Shown: positions 44,003 to 52,426 of the stretch, one piece after another
Layout: each line of letters starts with the position of its first letter
Numbering within the stretch: position 1 is the first letter of the stretch
Assembly (NCBI GenBank): GCA_029863645.1
Contig: JAOTVA010000005.1
Location: 14,460-78,459, forward strand
Source of the DNA: Gemmatimonadota bacterium
GTDB lineage: Bacteria; Gemmatimonadota; Gemmatimonadetes; Longimicrobiales; Gaopeijiaceae
Reading direction: 5' to 3'
Length of the DNA: 64,000 nt
Translations under genes and position numbers: made by a program
The notes under the pieces: generated by a model
Databases searched by the model: none
Seen by the model: the letters and a program-made list of their open reading frames with translations, nothing else
What the model was told of the DNA's origin: nothing

Positions 44003-44026
44003 GAGACACTGGACGAGACACTGGAC
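44003..44026. repeat. Perfect 12-bp tandem duplication GAGACACTGGAC x2
   Basis: Read directly from the sequence, 9 nt after the cdaA stop codon. Confidence 0.9.
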
Positions 44027-44058
44027 TAGAGCTTCGTAAAGTCCCGCGAAATCACGCG

Positions 44059-44088
44059 TTGACACCCTCGGCGCACGCCTCATAGATT
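44059..44088 (+). promoter_or_regulatory. Candidate sigma70-type promoter for the exbB operon
   Basis: TTGACA (44059..44064), a 17-18 nt spacer, then ATAGAT/TAGATT (44082..44088), about 70 nt upstream of exbB. Confidence 0.4.
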
Positions 44089-44157
44089 GCGCGGTCCTCA
44101 TGCCTGGAGGTACGCCTCCGGCGGGGACGACGGTCTCTCGACAGGAGTGAAGTTCGC

Positions 44158-44904
44158 TTGGGTTCACAATATCGGCTGCTGACCCTGTTCTCTGACGGCG
44201 GATTGATGATGTATCCGCTCGTCCTATGCTCGATGATCGCGTTGGGCGTGATGATCGCTAAAGCGTGGACGCTCTGGCTCGCCCACAAGGGTACGGTGCG
44301 GGTCCTCAGCGGGGTCGAAGAAGCGGCGCTAAGCGGCGATATCGACGGGGCCATCGACATCGCGCACAACACTGCGGGTCCGGCTGCCGCGATCCTGCTC
44401 GCTGGGCTCAGGCGCATCAAGACGAAGAGGCTCGGCGCCGGTGAACTCGAAGCGGCTGTGGCTACGACCGGCACCATCGAGCTGGGCTTCTTGGAGCGCG
44501 GACTCGTCATCTTAGCGACGATCGCCAACGTGGCCCCGCTAATGGGCTTCCTCGGCACCGTGGCTGGCATGATCCTGGCGTTCGCGGCGATCGAGGAGGC
44601 CGGCGACGTCGATCCTTCACTCGTCGCGGGCGGCATCAAGGTGGCGCTCCTCACGACGGCCGCCGGCCTCGTGGTCGCGGTGCCGGTGAACATCGCCTAC
44701 AACGTGTTCGTCACCCGGATCGACAAGCTGATTATCGACATGGAGCAGGGAGCGCAGAAGATCTTCAACCTCGCCTGGGACCTCGAGAAGGACGGCAAGG
44801 TCGAGATCATGCAGAAGAACCAACCGTGGCCATCAGATGTGGCCGCCCCGGCGGCCGCGAAGCCGCCCGCCGGGGGCGCAGGAGCCCCGCCCACCACAGG
44901 GTGA
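44158..44904 (+). CDS. exbB: MotA/TolQ/ExbB proton channel protein
   Basis: 248-aa ORF with three TM helices, the conserved IANVAPLMGFLGTVAGMI segment, and downstream ExbD/TonB genes. Confidence 0.85.
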   Translation: MGSQYRLLTLFSDGGLMMYPLVLCSMIALGVMIAKAWTLWLAHKGTVRVLSGVEEAALSGDIDGAIDIAHNTAGPAAAILLAGLRRIKTKRLGAGELEAAVATTGTIELGFLERGLVILATIANVAPLMGFLGTVAGMILAFAAIEEAGDVDPSLVAGGIKVALLTTAAGLVVAVPVNIAYNVFVTRIDKLIIDMEQGAQKIFNLAWDLEKDGKVEIMQKNQPWPSDVAAPAAAKPPAGGAGAPPTTG

Positions 44905-44961
44905 GCGCGGAACCAACGACCGGATCGCCCAGTAACTGTTAAATAGCGAGGCAGGAGCAAC

Positions 44962-45387
44962 ATGGCCGTTCTCAACAACAAGAAGCAGAAGGTCAGCGAC
45001 GAGGTCCCGACTTCGTCCATGGCGGACATCGCCTTCTTACTTCTGATCTTCTTCCTCGTGACGACCACGTTCCCGAAGGACAAGGGACTCGCGATCGTGC
45101 TGCCCGAGCAGGGTGAGACGCAGGAGATCAGCCAGCGCAACATCATCCACCTCATCATCCAGCCGAACGGCATCGTCGACGTCAAGCGCGGCGAGAGCCA
45201 GCAGGTTCAGCAGGTGAGGGCGGAGCAGATCGAAGGTCTTTGGAGGCAGGCGATCACGGACAACCCCAATCTCATCGCCGCTGTGAAGACCCATCCGGAC
45301 GCGGCCTACGAGTACATGGTCGACGTTCTGGACGCGCTCCATTCTGCGAATGCAGAGCGCATCTCACTCCAGGTATTGGAGCAGTAG
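44962..45387 (+). CDS. exbD: ExbD/TolR biopolymer transport protein
   Basis: 141-aa ORF with the N-terminal motif SSMADIAFLLLIFFLVTT. Confidence 0.85.
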   Translation: MAVLNNKKQKVSDEVPTSSMADIAFLLLIFFLVTTTFPKDKGLAIVLPEQGETQEISQRNIIHLIIQPNGIVDVKRGESQQVQQVRAEQIEGLWRQAITDNPNLIAAVKTHPDAAYEYMVDVLDALHSANAERISLQVLEQ

Positions 45388-45390
45388 ACG

Positions 45391-45840
45391 ATGTCGATGA
45401 AAGGCGGTGGGTTCGATAGGAAGTCCAAGGCTTCATCCGAGGTGCCCGCATCATCGCTCGCGGACATCGCGTTCCTCCTTCTCATCTTCTTCATGGTGAC
45501 GACGGTCTTTCAGTCCGACCAGAACCGTCCCATCGAGTGGCCCGAGGCCGAGGCCGCCATGAAGATCGATGAAAAACAGAAGAACATTCTCAATATTTGG
45601 ATGGAGAGAAGCGGTACGGTCTACATGAACGACCAGCCGTTTGGGATGACCGATGTGTCCGCGTTCGTCGGTCCGCTGTATGCGGCGTCCGAGCGCGCGC
45701 TCGTCATCTCGATCAGGTCCGACAGACAGACTCCGTACCGGTTCGTGGATCAGCTCCAGCAGGAGTTGGTGGCCGCCGGTGTGCTGCGTGTCGTATTCGC
45801 GACGCAGTTGGAGCAGAGCATGCAGAGGGAGAGACGATGA
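45391..45840 (+). CDS. exbD: ExbD/TolR biopolymer transport protein (second copy)
   Basis: 149-aa ORF with the N-terminal motif SSLADIAFLLLIFFMVTT. Confidence 0.85.
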   Translation: MSMKGGGFDRKSKASSEVPASSLADIAFLLLIFFMVTTVFQSDQNRPIEWPEAEAAMKIDEKQKNILNIWMERSGTVYMNDQPFGMTDVSAFVGPLYAASERALVISIRSDRQTPYRFVDQLQQELVAAGVLRVVFATQLEQSMQRERR

Positions 45841-46520
45841 GCGCTGCAGAAGCGGTACCCGCAACCTCAATCCTCACGGAGAACGCGAACGACCGGCTCA
45901 AGCGGACGTTCGACTCCTGGTTTTGGGGATCGATGATCATCGCGACCGTGGTGCATTTCGGCGCCTTCGCGTTCGCCCCGGAAATGACGGCTGAGGACTT
46001 CTCGTTCACGTCCGAGGAACTCGAGGCGATCGTCATGCCGCCCGAGATCGAAATCCCGCCGCCGCCGCAGGCCATCGCCCGCCCGGCGACGCCTGTGATG
46101 GCAACCGCGGACATCGACGAAGACATCACGATCGCGCCGACGACGTTCGACGATAACCCGGTCGACGACCTTCCTCCGCCTCCGGAGGAGATCGCGACGG
46201 ACATCTCGGCCGCGCCGACGTTCACTCCCTTCACGGTCGCTCCGTCTCTCCAGAACCTCGCCGAGGTGCAGCGGGCCCTGACCCGCGAGTACCCGACGGT
46301 GCTGAGAGACTCGGGAATCGGCGGAAGGGTGACGGTCTGGTTCTTCATCGACGAAGAGGGACGTGTGCAGCAGACGCGCGTCAACGAGAGTTCCGGGTAT
46401 GAAGCTCTCGACCAGGCTGCGCTCAACGTGGCCGAAGTCTACCGCTTCTCGCCCGCGCTCAACCGTGAGAACCGGGTGCAGGTTTGGGTCTCACTACCAA
46501 TTACGTTCCAGGTACGCTGA
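45837..46520 (+). CDS. tonB: TonB-family energy transducer
   Basis: ORF 45597..46520. ATG 45837 overlaps the exbD stop (ATGA). It has an N-terminal TM, a Pro-rich spacer and a TonB_C domain (YPTVLRDSGIGGRVTVWFFIDEEGRV...). Confidence 0.8.
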   Translation: MSAAEAVPATSILTENANDRLKRTFDSWFWGSMIIATVVHFGAFAFAPEMTAEDFSFTSEELEAIVMPPEIEIPPPPQAIARPATPVMATADIDEDITIAPTTFDDNPVDDLPPPPEEIATDISAAPTFTPFTVAPSLQNLAEVQRALTREYPTVLRDSGIGGRVTVWFFIDEEGRVQQTRVNESSGYEALDQAALNVAEVYRFSPALNRENRVQVWVSLPITFQVR

Positions 46521-46545
46521 GCCCGGTATCTGTCACGGATCCTTG

Positions 46546-46583
46546 AGGACCCCGCCGGCGCTCCGGCGGGGTCCTTTCCTTTT
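46546..46583 (+). terminator. Rho-independent terminator after tonB
   Basis: 13-bp perfect stem AGGACCCCGCCGG / CCGGCGGGGTCCT with a 4-nt loop, followed by TTCCTTTTG. Confidence 0.7.
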
Positions 46584-46612
46584 GTGGAGATGTCCCGCGT
46601 GACCGCAGTTCG

Positions 46613-47338
46613 ATGATGACGACGCAAGCCTCAGCCGGAGCGTATGCTGCCCGGCTGGAGGAGACGCTTCCGATGGTCAGGGACCGGATGAAGCGGGCGG
46701 CCAGCGCTGCCGGCCGATCCGAAGACTCCGTGCGCCTGGTTGCCGTCACGAAGGGTCATCCCGTGGAAGCCATCGACGCCGCGCTCGGCGCGGGCCTGCA
46801 TGACCTCGGTGAAAACCGCGTGCACGAGCTCGATGAGAAGGCCACGGGCCACAGCGGGCCTGATGTGACATGGCACATGATCGGGCACATCCAGGGACGC
46901 AAAGCCCGTCGCGTCGCGGAGTTGGCCGATCTGATCCACTCGATCGACTCCACGAAGCTGGCCGAGCGGCTGTCCCGCATTGCGGTGGAAGACGGCATCG
47001 AGGTCGCGGGGCTAGCCCAGGTGAACACATCGGGCGAGGGTTCCAAGAGCGGCTTCGACCCTGTGGAGGCAGTGGAGCAGATTCATCGAATTGCGGAGCT
47101 GCCGGGATTGCGGATTCAGGGCCTCATGACCATGGCTCCTTACGTGGACAACGACGCCGTTATCGTGGATGCGTTCGCCGGGTTGCGGGACACGCTCGAC
47201 AGGCTTCACGCCATCACGGAGGTCGTCGGTCCCGAGCTGTCGATGGGGATGACGAACGACATGGACATTGCAATCCGCGAAGGGAGCACCATCGTTCGGA
47301 TCGGAACTGCACTTTTCGGAGAGCGAGTGGGGGCCTGA
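46613..47338 (+). CDS. yggS: YggS-family pyridoxal-phosphate homeostasis protein
   Basis: 241-aa ORF with VAVTKGHP (PLP lysine), the HMIGHIQ..K motif, and the fold-type III barrel length. Confidence 0.9.
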   Translation: MMTTQASAGAYAARLEETLPMVRDRMKRAASAAGRSEDSVRLVAVTKGHPVEAIDAALGAGLHDLGENRVHELDEKATGHSGPDVTWHMIGHIQGRKARRVAELADLIHSIDSTKLAERLSRIAVEDGIEVAGLAQVNTSGEGSKSGFDPVEAVEQIHRIAELPGLRIQGLMTMAPYVDNDAVIVDAFAGLRDTLDRLHAITEVVGPELSMGMTNDMDIAIREGSTIVRIGTALFGERVGA

Positions 47339-47339
47339 G

Positions 47340-48134
47340 ATGATCGACCTGACGCCGCTGGATGTTCGGACCAAGCGTGGTGACTTCAAGAAGCTCATGC
47401 GCGGCTACGATCCCCAGGAGGTCGATGTGTTCCTGGAGATGGTCGCAGAGCGCCTGGAGATGTTGACCCGGGAGAACATCGGGCTCCGCGAGCGGTCCGA
47501 GCTGCTCCAGCAGCAGGTGAATTCTCAGACTGGGCGTGAGCAGGCCGTCCAGGATGCGCTCGTGACGGCGCAGGAGCTGCGCGCCGACATTCGTGGACAG
47601 GCGCAGCGCGAAGCGGAGAACCTGCTCAAGGAGGCGGAAACGGAAGGCCGTAGGTTGATCGCCGAGGCAGAGGCCGAGGCCCGCACCAAGCTGCGGACCT
47701 CCGAGCGCCGACTGGACCAGATCGCCGACGCCCTGCAGGAGATGGAGCGCCGCCGCAATCGCTTCCTCACCCACTTCCGCCAGCTACTTGAGCGGGAGCT
47801 CGACGTCGTCCAGGTGGAGGAGGACCGCAAGCCGCTCGAGGAGCAGACGATCGATCTCGACCTCGGCACCAAGTGGGGAGGGGAGGCAGCTGCTTCCGCC
47901 CAGGTCGACCCCGAGGCAACCACCTTGGAAATCCCTGCAGTGGACGGCGTTCCGCCGCCGGACGCACCAATCGATCAGCTGGCTGAGGCGTACCGGCAGC
48001 ACGCCGAGCCCAACACGGCTCCCCCGGCCATGCCGTCGGCTCTGGGCGAAGCCATGCAAGCGGCCCCGCCCGCGCCCAAGGGGCAGAAGCACGACAACCT
48101 GATGCTCTATCTGGACACGGACGACGAGGTCTGA
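47340..48134 (+). CDS. divIVA: DivIVA-domain protein
   Basis: ORF 47268..48134, with the start at ATG 47340. The N-terminal lipid-binding domain is LTPLDVRTKRGDFKKLMRGYDPQEVDVFLE, followed by a coiled coil and a P/A-rich tail. Confidence 0.85.
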   Translation: MIDLTPLDVRTKRGDFKKLMRGYDPQEVDVFLEMVAERLEMLTRENIGLRERSELLQQQVNSQTGREQAVQDALVTAQELRADIRGQAQREAENLLKEAETEGRRLIAEAEAEARTKLRTSERRLDQIADALQEMERRRNRFLTHFRQLLERELDVVQVEEDRKPLEEQTIDLDLGTKWGGEAAASAQVDPEATTLEIPAVDGVPPPDAPIDQLAEAYRQHAEPNTAPPAMPSALGEAMQAAPPAPKGQKHDNLMLYLDTDDEV

Positions 48135-48158
48135 CCGTCCCCCGAGCCATCTGCGAGC

Positions 48159-51100
48159 GTGACCCGCGAGTCGGCTCCCGACCCTGATATGAGCTACCCT
48201 CAGCTTCCCGACGGCCTCCTCGCTATTGAGGAGCAGATGCTCGCCACTTGGCGTGACGAGGATCTGTTCCGACGGACCCTAGCCGAGAACGCGGGGGGCG
48301 AACCGTTCGTGTTCTTCGAGGGGCCGCCGACGGCCAATGGGCGCCCGGGTCTTCACCACGTCATCAGCCGTGCGATCAAGGACCTCGTGTGTCGTCACCG
48401 AGCGATGCAGGGTCGCGCCGTTACGCGCATCGCGGGCTGGGACACCCACGGCCTTCCGGTTGAGATCGAGGCAGAAAAGAAACTCGGCATAAGCGGAAAG
48501 CCCGAGATCGAGGCGTTGGGCATCGCGGAGTTCAATCAGGCGTGCCGCGACTCGGTGTTCACGTTCAAGGAGGAGTTCGAGCAGCTCAGCGAGCGGATAG
48601 GCTACTGGCTCGAGTACTGGCGGCCCTATGTGACACTCGATCCCAAATACATCGAGTCGGTGTGGTGGCTCCTCAAGACGTTCGCCGACCGGGGCCTCTT
48701 GTACCGGGGTCATAAAAGCGTGCCCTACTGCCCTCGTTGCGGCACGGCGCTTTCGTCTCACGAAGTGGCGCTTGGGTACGAGGATGTCGAGGATCCATCG
48801 CTTGTGTTCGTGGCCGAGGTGCTCACCGCGTCGGGCGATCCGGACCCGCAGGGCCGTGCGCTTCTCGCGTGGACCACCACGCCCTGGACTGTGCCGTCGA
48901 ACACCGGCCTCGCAGTGAATCCAGTCCTGGAGTATGCCGAGGTCCGGGGCGACGACCGCCGCTACATCGTCGCGCAGGGAAGGGTGGAGGCGCTATTCGG
49001 GGAGGAGGCCCGTGTCGTCGCGACGTACACGGGGGCCGACCTGGTGGGCTGGCGCTATCGGCGCCCCCTGGAGGTGGTCCCGCTACCGGATGACCTCGGC
49101 AACGGCTGGACGGTCGTGGCCGAGGACTTCGTCAGCGCGTCGGACGGTACTGGGGTGGTGCATATGGCACCGGCTTTCGGGGCTGACGATTACGCGGCTG
49201 GACAGCGGCACGGTCTGCCCATGCTCAACCCGCTCGACGCATCGGGTCACTTCGAGCAGGAAATCGACCTCGTTGGCGGCATGTTCGTGAAGGACGCCGA
49301 CTCCCTCCTCGTCGACGCCCTCCGGGAAAGACAGCTGCTCTTCGATATCAGCACCGTGGTCCACAGCTATCCGCACTGCTGGCGGTGCCACTCTCCTCTA
49401 TTGTATGTGGCGCGCGACACCTGGTTTGCCGCGACGTCGTCGCTCAAGGATGAGCTCCTGGCGGCCAACGATCAGATCAAGTGGCATCCCCCCGAAGTGG
49501 GCGAGGGGCGCTTCGGAGAGTGGCTTCGCGGAAACGTGGACTGGGCGCTCTCGCGCGACCGCTATTGGGGAACGCCGCTCCCCGCGTGGGTCTGCGAAAA
49601 CGATCCGGACCATGTCAGGTGGATCGGGTCACTGGAGGAGCTCGGCCAAGCAGCCGGCGGTCTTCCGGCCGACTTCGACCCGCACCGGCCCTTTATCGAC
49701 GCGGTGCACTTCGATTGCGGCGAGTGCGAGGGGTCGATGCGCCGTACGCCCGAGGTCCTGGACGCGTGGTTCGACTCCGGCGCCATGCCCTACGCACAGT
49801 GGCACTATCCGTTCGAGAACGAATCGGAGTTCGAGGCGCATTTCCCAGCCGACTTCATTTGCGAGGGGGTAGACCAGACGCGGGGTTGGTTCTACTCGCT
49901 TCTGGCCATCTCCACGCTTCTGGGGAACAAGGCGCCGCCGTACCGAAACGTCTTGGTGAACGACATGATCCTCGACGCAGAGGGTCAGAAAATGTCGAAG
50001 TCCAAGGGTAACATCGCCGACCCGTGGGAAGCGATTGGCGACTACGGTGCCGATGCCGTGCGCTGGTATCTGATCACGTCGTCCAATCCGTGGCTACCCA
50101 AGCGGTACGATCCCGAAGGCGTTCGCGAAGCAGCGCGCCGCTTCTTCGACACGCTCTTCAACACCTATCGATTCTTCGCGTTGTACGCGGAGGCCGAGGC
50201 GTGGTCGCCCTCCGACGACGATCCGGCCCCGGAGGAACGCCCATTGATGGACCGGTGGCTGCTTTCGCGTTTGCATGGGCTCGTCGCGGGGGTGTCTTCC
50301 GACCTCGACGAGTATCAGCTCACGCGGGCCTACCGAGTGTTGGGCGACTTCGTCGTCGAGGATCTCTCCAACTGGTATGTCCGCCGGAGTAGGTCGCGTT
50401 TTTGGGGCAATGTCGACGCGACCGACACGCGCGCTGCCTTCCGCACGCTCTGGGAGGTGCTGAGGGACGTATCGCTGCTCGCCGCGCCGTGCATGCCCTT
50501 CTCCGCGGACTGGATGCACCGAGCCCTGACTGACGAGAGCGTCCACCTCCAGCGCTGGCCCGAGCCGCGTGGGGCGAGAGACGAATCGCTCGAGTCCGAT
50601 ATGGATGCTGCCCGAGTCTTGGTGTCCTTGGGTCGCGCCGCTCGTGAGGAAGCCAAGATCCGCGTGAGGCAGCCACTGCGCGCGGTCCAAGCCGTGCTGC
50701 CGGGCGGGAAGGCGTTGAGCCCCGAGGTGCTGGAGGTGGTGCGGGAGGAGCTGAACGTGAAGGAGGTCGGCTTCATTTCGTCGACGGAGGGAATCGTGAC
50801 GCTTGCGGCGCGCCCCAACTACCGCGCGCTCGGCTCCCGCTTCGGCAAAGAAACGAACGACGCAGCCGGTGCGATTCGGGCGCTCAGCCAGGACGAGCTG
50901 GCGAAGTATTTGGGTGGCGAGCGCATCGAGTTCGAGGTGTCCGGGACGGCCCACGCACTGGAAGAGGGCGACGTCGAAGTCCTGCAGGAAGCCAGCACCG
51001 GCCTGCTGGTGAAGGCGGAGGGGGCCTACGCCATCGCTCTCGACCCAACGCTCGACGAAGCTCTTCTGGCCGAAGGCGTGGCGCGCGAGCTGGTGAATCG

Positions 51101-51341
51101 CATCCAGCGCTTGCGCAAGGATGCGGGGCTGGACATTTCGGACCGCATCGAGCTGGCGATCGGTGGACCGCAGGAGATCGTGAGCGCGGCGACCCGACAC
51201 GAGGACTTCATTGGGGGCGAGACGCTGGCGCTGGGAATCTCGGTGGGTGACGGCGCGGCGGGGGCTGGCTATCCGCATGTGCGCGAAATCGACATCGACG
51301 GGACGCCCGCCACCATCGGCCTTCGTCGCTCGGATCGCTAG
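48159..51341 (+). CDS. ileS: Isoleucine--tRNA ligase (long, type 2-like form)
   Basis: 1060-aa ORF with a HIGH-type motif (PPTANGRPGLHHV), GWDTHGLPVE and KMSKSKGN. Confidence 0.98.
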   Translation: MTRESAPDPDMSYPQLPDGLLAIEEQMLATWRDEDLFRRTLAENAGGEPFVFFEGPPTANGRPGLHHVISRAIKDLVCRHRAMQGRAVTRIAGWDTHGLPVEIEAEKKLGISGKPEIEALGIAEFNQACRDSVFTFKEEFEQLSERIGYWLEYWRPYVTLDPKYIESVWWLLKTFADRGLLYRGHKSVPYCPRCGTALSSHEVALGYEDVEDPSLVFVAEVLTASGDPDPQGRALLAWTTTPWTVPSNTGLAVNPVLEYAEVRGDDRRYIVAQGRVEALFGEEARVVATYTGADLVGWRYRRPLEVVPLPDDLGNGWTVVAEDFVSASDGTGVVHMAPAFGADDYAAGQRHGLPMLNPLDASGHFEQEIDLVGGMFVKDADSLLVDALRERQLLFDISTVVHSYPHCWRCHSPLLYVARDTWFAATSSLKDELLAANDQIKWHPPEVGEGRFGEWLRGNVDWALSRDRYWGTPLPAWVCENDPDHVRWIGSLEELGQAAGGLPADFDPHRPFIDAVHFDCGECEGSMRRTPEVLDAWFDSGAMPYAQWHYPFENESEFEAHFPADFICEGVDQTRGWFYSLLAISTLLGNKAPPYRNVLVNDMILDAEGQKMSKSKGNIADPWEAIGDYGADAVRWYLITSSNPWLPKRYDPEGVREAARRFFDTLFNTYRFFALYAEAEAWSPSDDDPAPEERPLMDRWLLSRLHGLVAGVSSDLDEYQLTRAYRVLGDFVVEDLSNWYVRRSRSRFWGNVDATDTRAAFRTLWEVLRDVSLLAAPCMPFSADWMHRALTDESVHLQRWPEPRGARDESLESDMDAARVLVSLGRAAREEAKIRVRQPLRAVQAVLPGGKALSPEVLEVVREELNVKEVGFISSTEGIVTLAARPNYRALGSRFGKETNDAAGAIRALSQDELAKYLGGERIEFEVSGTAHALEEGDVEVLQEASTGLLVKAEGAYAIALDPTLDEALLAEGVARELVNRIQRLRKDAGLDISDRIELAIGGPQEIVSAATRHEDFIGGETLALGISVGDGAAGAGYPHVREIDIDGTPATIGLRRSDR

Positions 51342-51345
51342 CGCC

Positions 51346-52329
51346 GTGGACGCGCCCGGGGAGAAGACGCATTCCCTGACGGTGGACGAGGGCGCGACGG
51401 GCCGCTTGGACCGGTTCATTGCCACCAGTCTCGACCTCTCTCGCACCCGGGTGCAGGGTCTATTGGCGGAGGGCCGCGTCACAGTAGATGGCCGGGTAGC
51501 GAAGAAGTCCGACCCGGCGTCGCCGGGCACGAAGATCCAAGTCGTCGTGCCGCCTGCCCAACCGGTGGACATGCTCCCCGAGGAGATACCGCTCGACGTC
51601 GTGTTCGAGGACGCTCACCTGGCCGTTGTGAACAAGGCAGCAGGAATGGTGGTGCATCCGGCGCCCGGTCACCGCACGGGTACCCTGGTGAATGCGCTGC
51701 TCTGGCGGATGCCGGACATCGAAGGGGTCGGCGGACGACTCCGGCCGGGGATCGTCCACCGACTCGACCGGGACACATCGGGGCTTCTCGTGGTGGCCAA
51801 GACCGACCTGGCACACCGCACACTGTCCGACGCGCTTCGCCGGCGCCGGGTGAAGCGGCTCTACCTCGCCCTCGCCTGGGGACACCTCAAGGAGTCTCCG
51901 CTCACGATTGAGGCGCCGATCGGGCGGGATCGAAAGAACCGTAAGAAGATGGCCGTCGTCCAAGAGGGGCGATCCGCTATGACGCGTGTCCGGGTGCGCG
52001 AGCGTTTGCTGCGGGCCGATCTGCTCGACGTGGCTCTCAAGACGGGACGTACCCACCAGATTCGCGTGCACCTAGCGTACGCGGGGCACCCGGTGGTGGG
52101 GGATTCGGTTTACGGGGACGGTTGGGAGCGCGGGATGGGCGGGCCTACCAGGCACTGGGCCATTCAATTGGCCCGGAGCACCCCACGGCAGTTTCTGCAC
52201 GCACAACAACTCTCTTTCGACCATCCCATCTCGGGAGAGCGCCTGAGCTTCACGGCCCCGCTTCCGCCCGATCTCGCGGAGGTGGCAGCATGGGCCCGGG
52301 GTACCACCGGCTCCCAGAACCCCGCGTGA
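51346..52329 (+). CDS. rluD: RluA-family 23S rRNA pseudouridine synthase (RluD-like)
   Basis: ORF 51211..52329, with GTG 51346 lying 5 nt after the ileS stop. It has an S4 domain and the catalytic HRLDRDTSGLLVVAK. Confidence 0.9.
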   Translation: MDAPGEKTHSLTVDEGATGRLDRFIATSLDLSRTRVQGLLAEGRVTVDGRVAKKSDPASPGTKIQVVVPPAQPVDMLPEEIPLDVVFEDAHLAVVNKAAGMVVHPAPGHRTGTLVNALLWRMPDIEGVGGRLRPGIVHRLDRDTSGLLVVAKTDLAHRTLSDALRRRRVKRLYLALAWGHLKESPLTIEAPIGRDRKNRKKMAVVQEGRSAMTRVRVRERLLRADLLDVALKTGRTHQIRVHLAYAGHPVVGDSVYGDGWERGMGGPTRHWAIQLARSTPRQFLHAQQLSFDHPISGERLSFTAPLPPDLAEVAAWARGTTGSQNPA

Positions 52330-52426
52330 CACGGGCCTTTTTTTCAGGGACGTTCCGGCCGATACTTATCGTCCGACGTGCGCTTCGGCGCTCTAACGTC
52401 CTCTGCGGGAGCCCGCGACAGCGGCT

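Noticed and set aside
50094-51572. 492-aa minus-strand ORF spanning the ileS/rluD junction
   Set aside because: It is antisense to two strongly conserved genes and crosses their intergenic gap, and its composition is low-complexity. The same applies to 41419..42399 and 41717..42868 (antisense to ftsH), 54222..55217, 52880..53872, 24396..25325, 19925..20761, 1409..2740 and 4799..5905.
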